Source: Paramecium tetraurelia (taxonomy: Eukaryota). From it: DNA of 64,000 nt. Positions within the stretch are counted from its first letter, which is position 1. Every line of letters begins with the position of its first letter. The translations under genes were made by a program, and so were the position numbers. The notes below the pieces were generated by a model. That model was not told the DNA's origin. It saw only the letters and a program-made list of their open reading frames with translations, and did no database searches. The stretch spans positions 62,001-126,000 of the forward strand of contig CT868664.1 of NCBI GenBank assembly GCA_000165425.1, in the 5' to 3' direction. This document shows, one piece after another, positions 38,201 to 51,600 of the stretch.

Positions 38201-41200
38201 GCATTAAGAGCAATGTGTACTTCAACACTTACACTGTATATGGAAACAGAGGTAGAGGGTCTGTAAATATTTTGAAGAGTGTTGAAAGTGCTGAATATAT
38301 ATGGACTTATGTGTACTTTGGATACAAGGAAGGAAGAGCTTATGGTGCCTTAATCAAGCCTTAAGTAACTGGTGAGGTTAAATTCGAAGGAGTATATCAT
38401 AAGCAAGTCAACCAATTGAGCCTCACAGTGGGAGGAGATGAGACAGTCTCACCTTTCAATGGAAAGATAGCTTTCGTTGGAATTTATTTGGGTGAAGGTG
38501 CTTACAGAGAAGGCCTTGATTTTTAGACAACTTTCAATTATGGAGAAGGAGTGATGGGAGTCTATTAGGTAGGCAAGCCAATTACATACATGGGAGTTGA
38601 TTAGAATAGATATGTTGAATTCGATCAAGTAGATAACGTAGTGGATAAGATCATATTACATGATGAGAATGGAATGAAAATTAATGGTTAAAGTGAATAT
38701 GCCTTTGGTCTTTGGACAAGATGGTTGAGTACATTACCAAAATATTTAAATAAAAGAGCACCAGTCCACAATATTGCCAGAGTGGGTACTCAAGGGTATA
38801 TAATTGAATCAGTGGATGGCAAATGGATTAGAGCCAATGGAGGCAGACCTTAAACTGTAAAAGATACTACATTGGCTTGTGTTTTGACTTAAGAATCATA
38901 TGAATTTTAGACTCTTAGTCTTAAGGATGATATCCCATTCTCTAATTTGGAAGGTCAATGGAATTATGTGTACTTCGGATATAAGAGACAGGGTGACAAT
39001 GGAGTGGCCAAAGGATACATTCAATTTGGAGTAGATGGGGAAATAGAAGAGGTGGCTTTCACTGTCTATCATGATTTCTTAGTGGAGTATGTTGAATTCA
39101 TAGTTGGAAAGACATAAGCTCCATTGTTTAATGGTGAATTAGCCAGAGTTACTTTTAGCTTTGGTCCTGGAGCATTCGTACCAAATAAAGAGACTCTGAG
39201 ATTGTTTACTTAAAACACATTACCAGAAAAGGCTTAGATTCATCCAGTCACTAGACAGACTTTGCAGTTGTTTGGATCTGCAATTACAATAGCCGAAGAT
39301 CCAATTGAGTTTGAATTTGACAGATTTTAAGGGGCAGAAGAATACTCAGTTTCAGGCTGGGTTAGATGGGCTGGTCCACTTGTTACTGGTAAGGAATCAC
39401 ATGTGATTACATTGGCTTAAAAGAGATTGTTGGATATAGATGGTAGCAAAGAAGAAACCTTATAAATCATAAGAGGAGACTCACTTTATAGATTTGTTAC
39501 TTACACTAATAATGGAAAATTGATCCCTGCTGAATAGGAGTTCCACGAATATGCTGATTAATGGACTTACTTATATTATGGATACTCAAAGTAATCACTG
39601 AAAACCTATGGTTATACAAGATTTGCATTCTCGGATGCAGAGTTTACACAAGAAAACATCTAGCATTTCTACTTAGCTGTATTTAGTATATTGGTTGGTC
39701 ATGGAAGATAGTCCTATGTTGACTTTATTGGTTAGATGAAGACATGGGTAGTGAACGTAGGTTTTGGAGCTTACAGAGAGGGTAACTTTGAGGAGGATGA
39801 AAATATCAAAATACATTTTGGTTTTATAAGTGGAGCAGATCATATTAAATAGGCTGGCTAGGAGGCTCATCATGAAGAAAAGGTCTTAGAGTGTGCAACT
39901 AAGGATGAAGTACCTCCTATGCAAATCCAGTTTGAATAAAGCTCCACTCTTTAATTGCATGGAGTTTCAGAGTATGGATATGGATTTTGGTTGAGATATC
40001 AATACTTTGGATCCAAATAAAGGATTTATTCATAGCCTCAACTTATGGGAGTTGCCAGATTAACCAGCAATAGAGAATATAAAGATTTTGATAATCCAGG
40101 GGATAGAATCCTACTAGTTTTGATGGGTAGAAAGGCCTTCTCTTTTGGCACTTATGATGTTATAACAAAAGTAAATAATGTAGGAGGGGATCTAGAGTAT
40201 TAAAGAGAGAGTGAAGGAGAGTGGCAATATATTTATTTCAGTTATAAGAGACAAACTTAATAGGAGGGACATGCTATTGCTTTTACTTAATTTAGAGATC
40301 ACACTGAAGGATTAAAGATGGATGTATTGCATTCCTTATTAACCAACTATTTATACTTTTCTGTTGGTCATGCTGGTAAATATTATGCTAACTTCAATGG
40401 ATAAATAACCAAAGTTAGATTTAATTTGGGTCCAGGATCCTTTATTGAAAACAAAGCTGATTTGCTATCCAGAATAAAGACCAAGGATACTATTCCAGAT
40501 ATCGAACCAGTGAGCAAGAACATTGAAATTTTAGCTGGAATACATGATGTAAGAAAACTTGATGAGAAACATCATTTAACAACCTTTAATCAAGAAGTAA
40601 GAGAGTACGGAGTTTAATTATGGTTTAGATGGTTCAAGAGTTAAAAGAGTACTCAATTGATGTATAGATTGACCACAAATGGAGCAGATACACTTGGAGA
40701 TGCTCAGAAGATAGGTGATAGGACTCTAGTGTTGTGTCATACAGAGGGTTTAGAATTTAGCACTTACAGTTTGGGAGATAAGACAGTTTAATTAAACAAT
40801 GCTTATCCAGTTTAGATAGCTAAATAGAATTAGGAAGTGTGGACATTTGCCTATTTTGCTTACTCAAAGGAAAGCCAACAAGTAGTCTATTACATCAATA
40901 GTGAAGAGAATGAGTAACATGCTTTAGAGTCAGCTCTGCATGCAGTCTCATCTGATTATTGGTTCTATTTGGCCAAGGATGCTCTCTTGAATTCATATGA
41001 CAGTCGTTTGGCTTAAGTAGTATTGAATTTTGGAACTGGGGCATTCAGAAAGGATAATTTCAAAGGTTTGTTGGTCTATCTCTAGTCTCCAAAACTATTC
41101 AATCCAGATGCTAAATTACAATGGGATTACGAAGAAGATGAGTTGGTATTAGATTCCTAAGATCCTGAAAAACAAGGGTTGACTATTAGAATAGCTGAAC

Positions 41201-43663
41201 CAAATCAAAAGATAGAGAGCATTTAAGAATATTCAGTTGGGTTATGGATTCGTTTCTTGTAAGCATGGCCATCAAGATTGTGGAATATACCGGGGGAGAT
41301 GTAAATCTTCAGATTGACTTCTAATGAAGAACTGGAGAATGGCAAGATTGTTCTTGGTGACAGAGTGTTGAGTTCTTACTTAGTACATGATAACTTCTTA
41401 TTTGGTGCTTATGATATCAGCGACGATGCTCCTAATGAAATATCCACAATATCTTACTCTTCATTGGAGGGTTAATGGCATTACATTTATGCTGGGTATA
41501 AGAGATCCATATAGGAGGCTGTGTATTATGTTTATGATGGAGAACATATTCAAAAAGCAAAGAATGAATAGTTGTTGTAGAGACCATTGAATGAATGGAT
41601 TAAATTGATCTTGGGTGGAGAGAAGAATGTGGCAGGATTCCATGGACTATTCAGTTAAATTTCAGCTCATCTGGGCAAGGAAGCATATGTAGATAATGAG
41701 GAATAACTCCTAAAATCAATTGAATCTAGTTATGCTTTGCCATTGGAATTAACTGTAGGGTACATTCAAAAGTAGAAGTAGGGATAAGTGGAATTAGAAT
41801 AATATAAGAGTCAAGAACTAACCTAATTATAAGGAATCGGAGAATATGCCATAAGTGGATGGTTTAAGATTGCTGAAGTACAAACTAAAATTGAAGGGGA
41901 AATCAATTCACCATGTTAACTCTTATTCAGATTAACCAACAATGATGAAGAACACTTATCGGACAGGAAATAATAAGGAGATAGAACATTGTATGCTTAA
42001 GTGTGTACAAGTGACACTGTGAAGATTAGTACTTATAGCATTGCAGGTTTGAAGGATTGGAATGAAGCCAAGTTTTTGGAGGCAAAGGCAGAAAATGGGG
42101 CAATTCTAAAAGAGCTTGGACATATATCTATATTAGTTATAGTGAAGACAAGAGAGAGGTTGCGACACTAATAAAATTATTCGAGAAAGATGTTCCTGTT
42201 GTATTCAAGGATGTTCAGCATTTTGTTGCCAATAACATGTTTATTTATTTGGGCAAAGATTCATTTAGCAGGAAATTCTAAGGAGAATAACACAAATGGG
42301 AATTATTATTTGGAGCTGGATCTCACACTTACAATGAAGAAACAATGCCAAATCTAAGATACATTATTAAGAATAAGAAAAATATGTGGTTCATGAAAGA
42401 AGATAAGAAAATTGATACTAAATTTGAATAAAGTTTCGACAATGAAGTGGAATCTGTAGATGAATATGCTGTGGGTATGTGGACTAGATGGTTGATAGCT
42501 TTTCCAACTACTTTGACTGAAAGATCTGATACTCATACCATATTCCGTCTATCTTAGACTTTAGAATATTAGGATAAGGCAGAATTGGGAAATAGAGCAC
42601 TGTCAGCATTCCTCAAAAAAGGATTCTATGAATTCAGCACTTATGATGTATCAGCTCCAAGCAATGCAGTTGATGCAAAAGTAAATTACGAAAATGTAGA
42701 AGGAGAATGGAACTACATTTATGCAAGTTATAAAAATAAACAGTTTTACGGATTGATTATTTTCAGGGATAGAGAACATGTAGAACAAATCAGTTTAGAT
42801 GTGACTCACTTTGTATTTACTGGACATGCCAACTTGGTTCTCGCAGCAAATGAATTTGGTTATAAGGCATTCCATGGATGGATCTATGATCCAAGAGTAT
42901 TTTTGGGAGCTGGGGCTTTCTTAAATAATCCTGAATCCATAACGGAGATGGTTCATAAATTACATCGTAAGGTTCCCATCAGCTCATAGTCTGCTGAAGG
43001 ATTTGGATGGCCAGTCAAAATGCTGGACTCTACTAATTGGGATGATTTGGATGAAAAGAAGAATGAACTTAGATATGAGTTTGATGATAAATAGGAAATG
43101 CTCAGTTATAGCATTGGCTTTTGGTACTAAAATGCTCCTCTTTTGCCAGAAATGGAAGATGTATTCAGAGGGTTGTTAAGACTGACTTCCAATAATGAAG
43201 AAGTAGGATAGGACAATCAATTTATTGGAGACAGGACACTGGCTCTCTTTACTAAGGTTGATGAGTTAATGGCTGCAACTTATACAATAAAGGATCCTTC
43301 ATTTGAATCTTTACAACATTCATTTACTGTTAAACCTTATCAGTGGACGTTTGTATATTTTGGTTACCATTAACATGAAGTGAGAGCTTATGTTTTACAA
43401 CCAGCTGGAATCCAAGAACATACTCTAGAGGCAACACACATGATTCCAAATAAACTGTACCTCCATTTAGTAAATGACATTGGACATCCTCCATTTTGGG
43501 TATCTTTAATGTTTAAATATCTTTTTAGGGCAAATTATATGGGCTAAAAGTCAATTTTGGGGACGGTAGTTACTTAGACAAACCCTAGTAGCTTATAGAT
43601 AGGTGGCCTTTCGACCCTAATAAGATTATATTAACCAAACAAGAGACAGGTCCCAAAGAATGA
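35248..43663 (+). CDS. Giant (~2800 aa) secreted protein: signal peptide, helical N-domain, acidic repeats, Lys-rich block, ten LamG/ConA-like repeats; frame break near 42095
   Basis: MKKLLLLLLATLSFA signal; single frame 35248-42090; repeat consensus EY(G/A/S)xxxWxRx..RLTxN..GDRTL..F(S/G)TY..WxY(I/V)YxxY..FNG..xGxGA(F/Y). One clear intron at 43500-43528. Confidence 0.85.
36193..36540 (+). repeat. Coding tandem repeat, 5 copies of (D/E)PVPDD(E)KITEEE with variable spacers
   Basis: Units start near 36193, 36268, 36334, 36415 and 36496. Confidence 0.9.
37399..43600 (+). repeat. Ten diverged ~210-aa protein domain repeats
   Basis: EY/SY..W motif starts at 37399, 38041, 38695, 39340, 39970, 40603, 41227, 41842, 42462 and 43104 (spacing 615-654 nt). 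Confidence 0.85.
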
Positions 43664-43686
43664 TTGCTTATATAGATATAAAAAAA

Positions 43687-44515
43687 TCAATCCGAATCAC
43701 TCTTTAGAGATAACTTGTCATCAGTCAAATTACGAGCATAGAGCCAATTGCAAAAGCTGAGCACAATTTGGATCATAGTTTCTCGCAGATTTCCCATTCT
43801 ACTTAAATGTACTATATAATGTCGGTCCGAAAGTTATTCGATGTTTTTTAAAACCTTTTCTAATTGAGAACAAATCAGCTGGTTAGCCTTCTCAACCAAA
43901 TTACTCGTAGGGCAATCTGGATTCTCTAAGAGTAATTGTCTGAAGGAATACACAAAAAGAAAGACTAATTTCATCTACTCAAAGCTCAGGACTTCTTTGA
44001 CTTCATGAATGAACTTGATGAAGGCATGCTGAGGAGTGGAGACTTCAGCCGGAGAACTTTATTTCAATAATTCATGATAATAGTCTAATCGAAACTCTTT
44101 GGAATCAGATTCCATCATATATAACTAGATTTCCCACATCACGAGATCATACATGTCCTTGTTTGTAAGAGAAGTCTGTTGTTGGTCTTCTTACTTACCT
44201 AAGGCATTTGCAAGAGTAGCGAAGATGTATTGAGTCTGAGACTCCGAAATCGTCGAATCCTGTCTTTGTTCATCTAGGTTCTTTAGAGATTACTACAGTA
44301 TTATGTCATTTGTAAACCCCATTGTGTTTTTATTTGTTGTGAGTGTACAAGGCTGGATAACTCAAGTAAGACTTCCCACACTCACACTTATGTACGCGAA
44401 GTGCATCGCTGACCTTGCGTGTTCGTTTCCTTTTCTGCTATTCAAAACTTTCAACTCCCTTCTTCTGCGATTAAGACTCAATGACACTTGAATTAGTATT
44501 AGATTTATCTTGCAT
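43687..44515 (-). CDS. C2H2 zinc-finger protein, ciliate-type family
   Basis: Basic stretch KRKRTRK, then HKCECGKSYLSYPALYTHNKQKHNG; C-terminus FCNWLY. Confidence 0.8.
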
Positions 44516-44656
44516 ATTAATTAATCAAAAATGAAAATTGGGATGTCTGAGATAAGAAAGTGGATTGCTGTAAATGAATTAAGAAAGAAGAACATTTAGA
44601 TTACTTCAATTAATTATTACAGTAAGTTGGAATATATTGAACATTTTAATGCAGTT

Positions 44657-46616
44657 TCAATCATACCCTTGCCATGTCCTCCTCACAATCCTTTTCGGAT
44701 AGATACTTTGTATGAAAACAGGAGTACTCTATTGATTTGTGCACTCAGTAGGTTGAGAATTCTTATAGTTAAACTTGCCTACCATAGTTTTCAGGAATTG
44801 GAGCTAATTCTTATTCATATTCATCATCATGGGTACAACATCAATCTCATTTGTCATTGTGCTATTATCTCTATGAGACACTGGTTAAGATGAATTGTAA
44901 TTTGATGTTCTCCTAATTTTCTTTAGTAATAGTCTGCTAGTATCTCTATATGTTAATGAATGATCAGTTGGTTCAAAACTACTAACCTTTGTATTTTAAG
45001 TGGCTATCTTACCTATACCCAATTCACACAAGATTTCATTTCCAAATATGTTCAAATTCTCCAATTTCTTAGTGCTCCCCTTGCTGTTATTTCTACTAGT
45101 ATTAATATTCCTCTAAGTGTTTGTTTTAATTAATTTAGGACGCTTTAAAGGGGAAGGCGTAACCATCTAAGGACGACTGGGTTACAACCTTTAGAATTAG
45201 GTTATTTGAATTGTCGGATCAGGCACTATGAATTCAGATAGCAATTTCTTTTCTTCTTCGAAATTCTATTGTTTCTCATTTAATTTAAGACTGAAGTGCA
45301 CATTCTCATTCATTCTTGTCTTCAACCACTGTTATTTAATTCTCTCCTTGTTCTTCAGTAGGTCTCTAAACCAAACAAATTTATGGCCTAAGGCTTCTAA
45401 ATCATGAATGCTAAGGCCGATTATTTTGTTCTTCGAAGTTATGCTAGTACATTTAAAGATGTGCCGATTGGCTGTGTAGGATTCTTCACCTAATAGACAT
45501 CCTTAACTCACCTTTGCAATCACAGTAGTAGATTATAATACGCTTTCTTGATTATCAAAGGATAATTAAAATTCTCCCTCTTTAACTAAGTATATGAATT
45601 TTTGAACTTCTCCTTGGATGTAGACTATGTTGTATTAAGTGTACTTTTTCGAAGTATATTTATTGACCAACACTTTCATGATTTGATTCACATCTTCCTA
45701 ATTGACTTTGCTCTTTCCAAACAAACCAGAATAAATCAAATCCCAAATTTTCTATTATTTTCTTTAATTCAAGTGGATTTCAATATTATGATAATCTTCT
45801 AAACCTATTTGCATGATCATTGTGTCTTCAAGACATAGCAATGTATTGTCATACTTCTTCTTAGAGATATCAGAGTTCAACAATTCTCCGTGCGAAAACA
45901 TTCTACCTTATCTTACTGCCAACACAAATTCTTCAATAAAGTACTGCAAATGATAATCATTTATCAATTTCACTTCCCTAAGACAATCTCTGACCTCCCT
46001 ACTCAACACTATCATATAAGATAATGGAGCCTAAATTACATTATACAATATTGCATACTTCGTTGATTGTTATCGTTGAGAATGGTTACACATTCTTCTA
46101 AATTACCGATGAACTCCTTATAAGAGGAACATCAGCCATGGAAGGTATATCGAAAACCAGACTTCTCCTTCTTCTCATATTATCATTAATTGATGCTTTA
46201 ATTAAATCAGTTGTTTCACTCTCATATTCATAGACTATTCTTCTTCCAGGCTTATTTATGAATAGATTTTAGCACTCTGGATAACGCTGAATCAGATCGC
46301 TTCTCTTTTTATTAATTTCCTCATCCTCTAATTATACATATTCCTACACTCGACCATTTAAAATTATAAATAGTTTTTCCTATTTGATCCCATCCCTCCA
46401 AATAATGTGTCCTATTCTTCATTAATCAATCAACAACTTACCTTTTTCGTATCGAATTAGTGTAGCTTTCTCAGCAAATCCCCTCAATGTTGCTTAATAT
46501 AACTTTTGACCATTATTCAACTAGTTTAAGAACTTTACCTATCCTAAACACTCAATCAAGGCTTACACATCCCTCTTTGTTCTCTCTTACTTTTATAATA
46601 ACGTAACTATATTCAT
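44657..46616 (-). CDS. Cyclic-nucleotide-binding domain protein
   Basis: RYEKGHIIWRDGIKQEKLFIILNGRV and further cNMP-like segments (YMIVLSGEV, YLVKEGEF, GCLLGEE). Tiny introns. Confidence 0.8.
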
Positions 46617-47275
46617 TTATATAAAATTAATCAATCAAAAAATCCAAATAACACGAATAACCATCGTAATAATCAAATTCAATAAAAAAGTAAGAGATTT
46701 TTGTATTTTCTATTTTATTTTATTTAACAGATTTTACAATCCCACAATATAATTATTTAAATAATAATTTTACTCAACAATTTAATATTCCATGCCCAAT
46801 CCTCTTAGAATTTAATTCTATTCTCATCAACAAACATTATTTACCAATTCCCGTTCTTATTTACTTCATACCTTTAGGATCATATATATCCTAAAAGTAA
46901 TTAAAATAATTCTAGGTTTAAGAGAATTAAAATCTACATAAGAGAGAAATATCCTCGCTTAAATACTAATCATATATAGTTATTTTAAGCAATCTACACT
47001 TAAGAATTAAACATGTAGCACAAAATCACACTTTCACAAATAGTATAAATCTCTAAGTTATATATTTTTATAGACAAACCTAATACGAGTGAATAAATTT
47101 AACGAGAGTAATCATAAAATTAAGTAGAATATAATTTAAGGCAATAGAGAATTTATCATCCCAGCTAGTCCTTTGATTTGAATAAATAAAATAAATACTG
47201 ACTAAATAAACAAGAACCAATATGAATATAATAAGTAAGTGCAGCTTATAATAGCAAATATTAAATAAATCAGAA

Positions 47276-48798
47276 TCAGAAATGATTAAGATTAATATAT
47301 TTATTCATAGTATTCACCCATTACTAAGCTGTTACATCGTGATCTCGTTCTTTAAAGATATACTTTTTCTTATTTTTGTCTCCTACAATGAATTTACCCT
47401 TGCCTAATAATCTGCACGAAGTGAATTAATTCAAAGGAATAATAGTCTAATTATATATAAACTCTATTAAATACCAGTTTATTATTCAACTGTGGATTTA
47501 TGTAATTAAAATATGGTATGCCACCCTGTATACTGATATCGGCATACCTTATAGAAAACGAAGTCATAAATAATACACCGTGTTCTTTATCTACATTCCC
47601 CTTTAAAACTATTTGATCAGTCTAATGTTTAGTCACTGAATTGCCCCTAATATCAGGCTTTTCTCTCTCTTTTTATTTGTCCAACATGGTAGTTTGAAAT
47701 CTACTTAATTTCCTCTTTTATGTGTGTATACTGGGTTGGGGAACATCTTGCAGCCAAATATGAGTGAAGTCTATTCCTGTGAAAAAGGGATGCTTCTTCA
47801 AACTATCGTAATTATAGTCGGAATCTTAATAATTGTAAGAGCATTATACCATTGAGATCTCCATAAAATCGATTTTATGGGTTTCTATCTAATAATATTT
47901 TGATTAATTCCAAAGCATCATTTGGAATTCTTTGGTCTTACTCCCATTCGCATTAACTGATGTTGTGGAATAACTGAAACTCGTTATCGGAATAGAATGG
48001 AGTTCGATGAGTGTACAATTGATAAATGAAGCATCCTAAAGCCCATAAATCAGCTTGAGGTCCAACTACGTTATAGTCAATGAGTTCTGGACACAGGTAT
48101 TCGGATGTACCAACAAAACTAGAATCTCTGCAATATTTAATGGGAGGCTTTTCGAAATCATTCAAGGAAGGAGATCGTTGTTTTTGGTATTGAATTCTAA
48201 TTTCTTCCAACTTGGTCCCAATACTTATTTTTGATTCATCATAAACAAATACTGTTCCAAAATCTATCAATTTCAGATGTTTGTCTTTAGTCAATAAAAT
48301 ATTCTCTGGCTTTACGTCTCTATGTACCAAACCATTTTGATGTAAGTACTCCAAAATTAATAAAAGTTCAGCAGTATAAAATTGTATCATTTTTTCATTA
48401 AAATTATACTCTATCTTAAATTATTAAATACTGTTGATGTATTCCAATAGATTGCCATCGTTTAGCAATTCCAACGAGTAATACAATTTGGACTAGTCTT
48501 CAAATGAATGGAATAGCTTGATGATTCCTTTGTGTCTCAAATATGCCAACACTTCTCTTTCAATGCAAGCATGATGCATCTTTTTTTCCTGACCTTATTG
48601 AATTGCCATACCTTAACTAGAAAAGCCTTATCCACAATTTTCAGAGCAGATTCATGCCCAGTGACTTTACTTTTTGCCAACACAACCTCACTGTAAGCAC
48701 CTTAGCCTAGAGGTTTCACAATTTCATAATTGTCCAACTTAGCCTCTATGTTGAATTTACCATATACCTTAAACAAATACAGGTTATTTTGGATTCAT
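47276..48798 (-). CDS. PDK1: PDK1-like AGC kinase with C-terminal PH-like domain
   Basis: [67 protein letters not shown]-terminal AQQWVNTM. Confidence 0.8.
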
Positions 48799-49547
48799 AA
48801 TTATTATTTAATAATTTTTACATCAAATACTATTATAATCTCAGCTTTAAACTTCTCTCACTCCTTCATTTACATTCCATATATACCAACCATATTTCTC
48901 GTAGAAATTCATTCAATATCTGGCTGTCATTCGTAGTACTCTTAGGGTATGATATGGAATTAAATTTCAGTTATCAAACACTTGTAAACTATTACTATTA
49001 TAATATAAATAACTGTTAATGGATTCTTCATTTTAAACACATTCTGCTTCTTATCTACCCATAATATACTTCACTTAGAGAAGGGATAAGATAAACCATA
49101 TCCTATATATATCTATTGAGTTTGATTTTTCATAACATAGCTTTCTAGTCTTTGAATGCTTTGTTTTTATGAGGCACCCTACTAATATTTTAACTTCCTT
49201 TTTCAATTTATCATTAACCCCTTTTTCTTTGATTTAATATACTAATTTCATTAGAGCTCAAATTTTACATAATTATGGTTTATACTAAAATAAGAATTAG
49301 TTATCCGATACTAATTCATCTATAACAATTTTTGGATCAACAAAATTGAATAGCAACATGTCTTCATTCAAATATGTATTTTTTAGTTATAGAGAAATAA
49401 TGAATTATTTAAATTTCTATTAAACTCATCTCCTTAATTTTTAATTCATACTCATATTTATGTTAGCATAAGACCTATTGATATCAAATGTATTTGATTA
49501 TAAATTTAATAAATTTATAAAAATATTAAGTAGAATTGTCAAAATGA

Positions 49548-50932
49548 TCATCGAATAGTTGGAATAAGCAAAGACCCATTAGGCTATTTTTAATCTTAAT
49601 TGGTTTGAGGGTATAAATTCCAAAAGCGTAAGGTTTCATCTCCTGCTCCAGTAACAATGGTTGATCCATCAGGTGACATTGCTAGATAAAGTACTCTATA
49701 TTTAAATATGGATAATACCTGCATGTGTGTCCAACCAATGTAGAGATCCTTTTCATATTGCTACATCTCCAAAGAACTATTTAGTTTTGACTATATCCAT
49801 GAGTCGATATAAGTTCATTTTCAATTTTGCTAAACATGAGATTGCAGACTTGACTACCAGTGTCTTCTTTTTGTAACGATTTTCCTTCAAGAGCATTCCA
49901 GAATCTAATTGTCTTATCTGCAGTGCCTCCCCCACTTGCCAACAATCCATGTTGATGTGGACTCCATGCAATCGCTTTTACTGCAGCCTAATGTTCAGAC
50001 AATCTAAATATGGGTTTATCCTGTTTATGTGAAGACCAAAGATACAGTTTATTATCATTACCTCCTGAGGCTAGCATCTACCCATCAGGTGACCATTTCA
50101 AACCACAAACTTCTTATTTGTGGGCTGACTGTTTCAGAAAGTAATTTCCCTTTAATCGCAAATCTCTCTACAATATTAGTTTATCTCTTGAGCCACTACT
50201 CAGCACATTATCTGAAAAGCACAATGTCCCTACTCTTGCAATGTGTCCCTTGTAAGTGCGAACTCTCTATAATTTAATAGCATCCCAAATTTAGACTTCT
50301 CCTGTCTTGGTTCCAACAGCCAAATGCGGTCCTCTAAGTGACCATGCCACACTTGTAACTGAATCATTATGGAGATCCAACAATTTTGTAACTTTCGAAG
50401 ATTATGCATTCCTGAAATTATTAATAGTCATTTATACCATAAATATACGCAAGAATTCAATGCAACTGATAAGGAATTCTAGTTGCTCCAATCAATCAGA
50501 TTCAAATAAAAATCATCTTAAAGTTGTGGTGCATCAAGAACTTTAAATGGAACTTTCGGTATTTTTCGCACATACTTACCGTAATAATTAGAGAGAGTTT
50601 CTGATATTGTGAAGTACTTATGATCTATCAGAATACTAGTGATATTATTAATTATTGCATCTACCTGTTGTAAATTTTGGAGTTGTGGATGTCGAAATTA
50701 TTCTGCTGATTGTATTAAAATCCACTTTGATTGATAAATTACATTGAGTCTGACTCAAATATGGGTTCCTATTCCAGTATTTACTATTTATAAAGCATCT
50801 CCAATGCCATTTGTGCTGATGCAATGTCTTGGCTCTCCATTTAGTTTTCCTGAATGATACTAAAATTCTTCTTTAATTGTGTAACAAATCGATCTCCTAA
50901 GAAGGATTTCTGCCTTTTACAATCAGTGCTAC
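49548..50932 (-). CDS. FZR1: APC/C activator of the Cdc20/Cdh1 family, Cdh1/Fzr-like; 5' end lost in the gap
   Basis: RKIPKVPFKVLDAPQLQDDFYLNLIDWS; WD40 repeats; AVKAIAWSPHQHGLLASGGGTADKTIRFWN; IVTGAGDETLRFW; C-terminal IR tail (PTIR*); C-box-like DRFV. Confidence 0.9.
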
Positions 50933-51600
50933 NNNNNNNNNNNNNNNNNNNNNNNNNNNNNNNNNNNNNNNNNNNNNNNNNNNNNNNNNNNNNNNNNNNN
51001 NNNNNNNNNNNNNNNNNNNNNNNNNNNNNNNNNNNNNNNNNNNNNNNNNNNNNNNNNNNNNNNNNNNNNNNNNNNNNNNNNNNNNNNNNNNNNNNNNNNN
51101 NNNNNNNNNNNNNNNNNNNNNNNNNNNNNNNNNNNNNNNNNNNNNNNNNNNNNNNNNNNNNNNNNNNNNNNNNNNNNNNNNNNNNNNNNNNNNNNNNNNN
51201 NNNNNNNNNNNNNNNNNNNNNNNNNNNNNNNNNNNNNNNNNNNNNNNNNNNNNNNNNNNNNNNNNNNNNNNNNNNNNNNNNNNNNNNNNNNNNNNNNNNN
51301 NNNNNNNNNNNNNNNNNNNNNNNNNNNNNNNNNNNNNNNNNNNNNNNNNNNNNNNNNNNNNNNNNNNNNNNNNNNNNNNNNNNNNNNNNNNNNNNNNNNN
51401 NNNNNNNNNNNNNNNNNNNNNNNNNNNNNNNNNNNNNNNNNNNNNNNNNNNNNNNNNNNNNNNNNNNNNNNNNNNNNNNNNNNNNNNNNNNNNNNNNNNN
51501 NNNNNNNNNNNNNNNNNNNNNNNNNNNNNNNNNNNNNNNNNNNNNNNNNNNNNNNNNNNNNNNNNNNNNNNNNNNNNNNNNNNNNNNNNNNNNNNNNNNN
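50933..51600. other. Assembly gap (668 N)
   Basis: Run of N. Confidence 1.
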
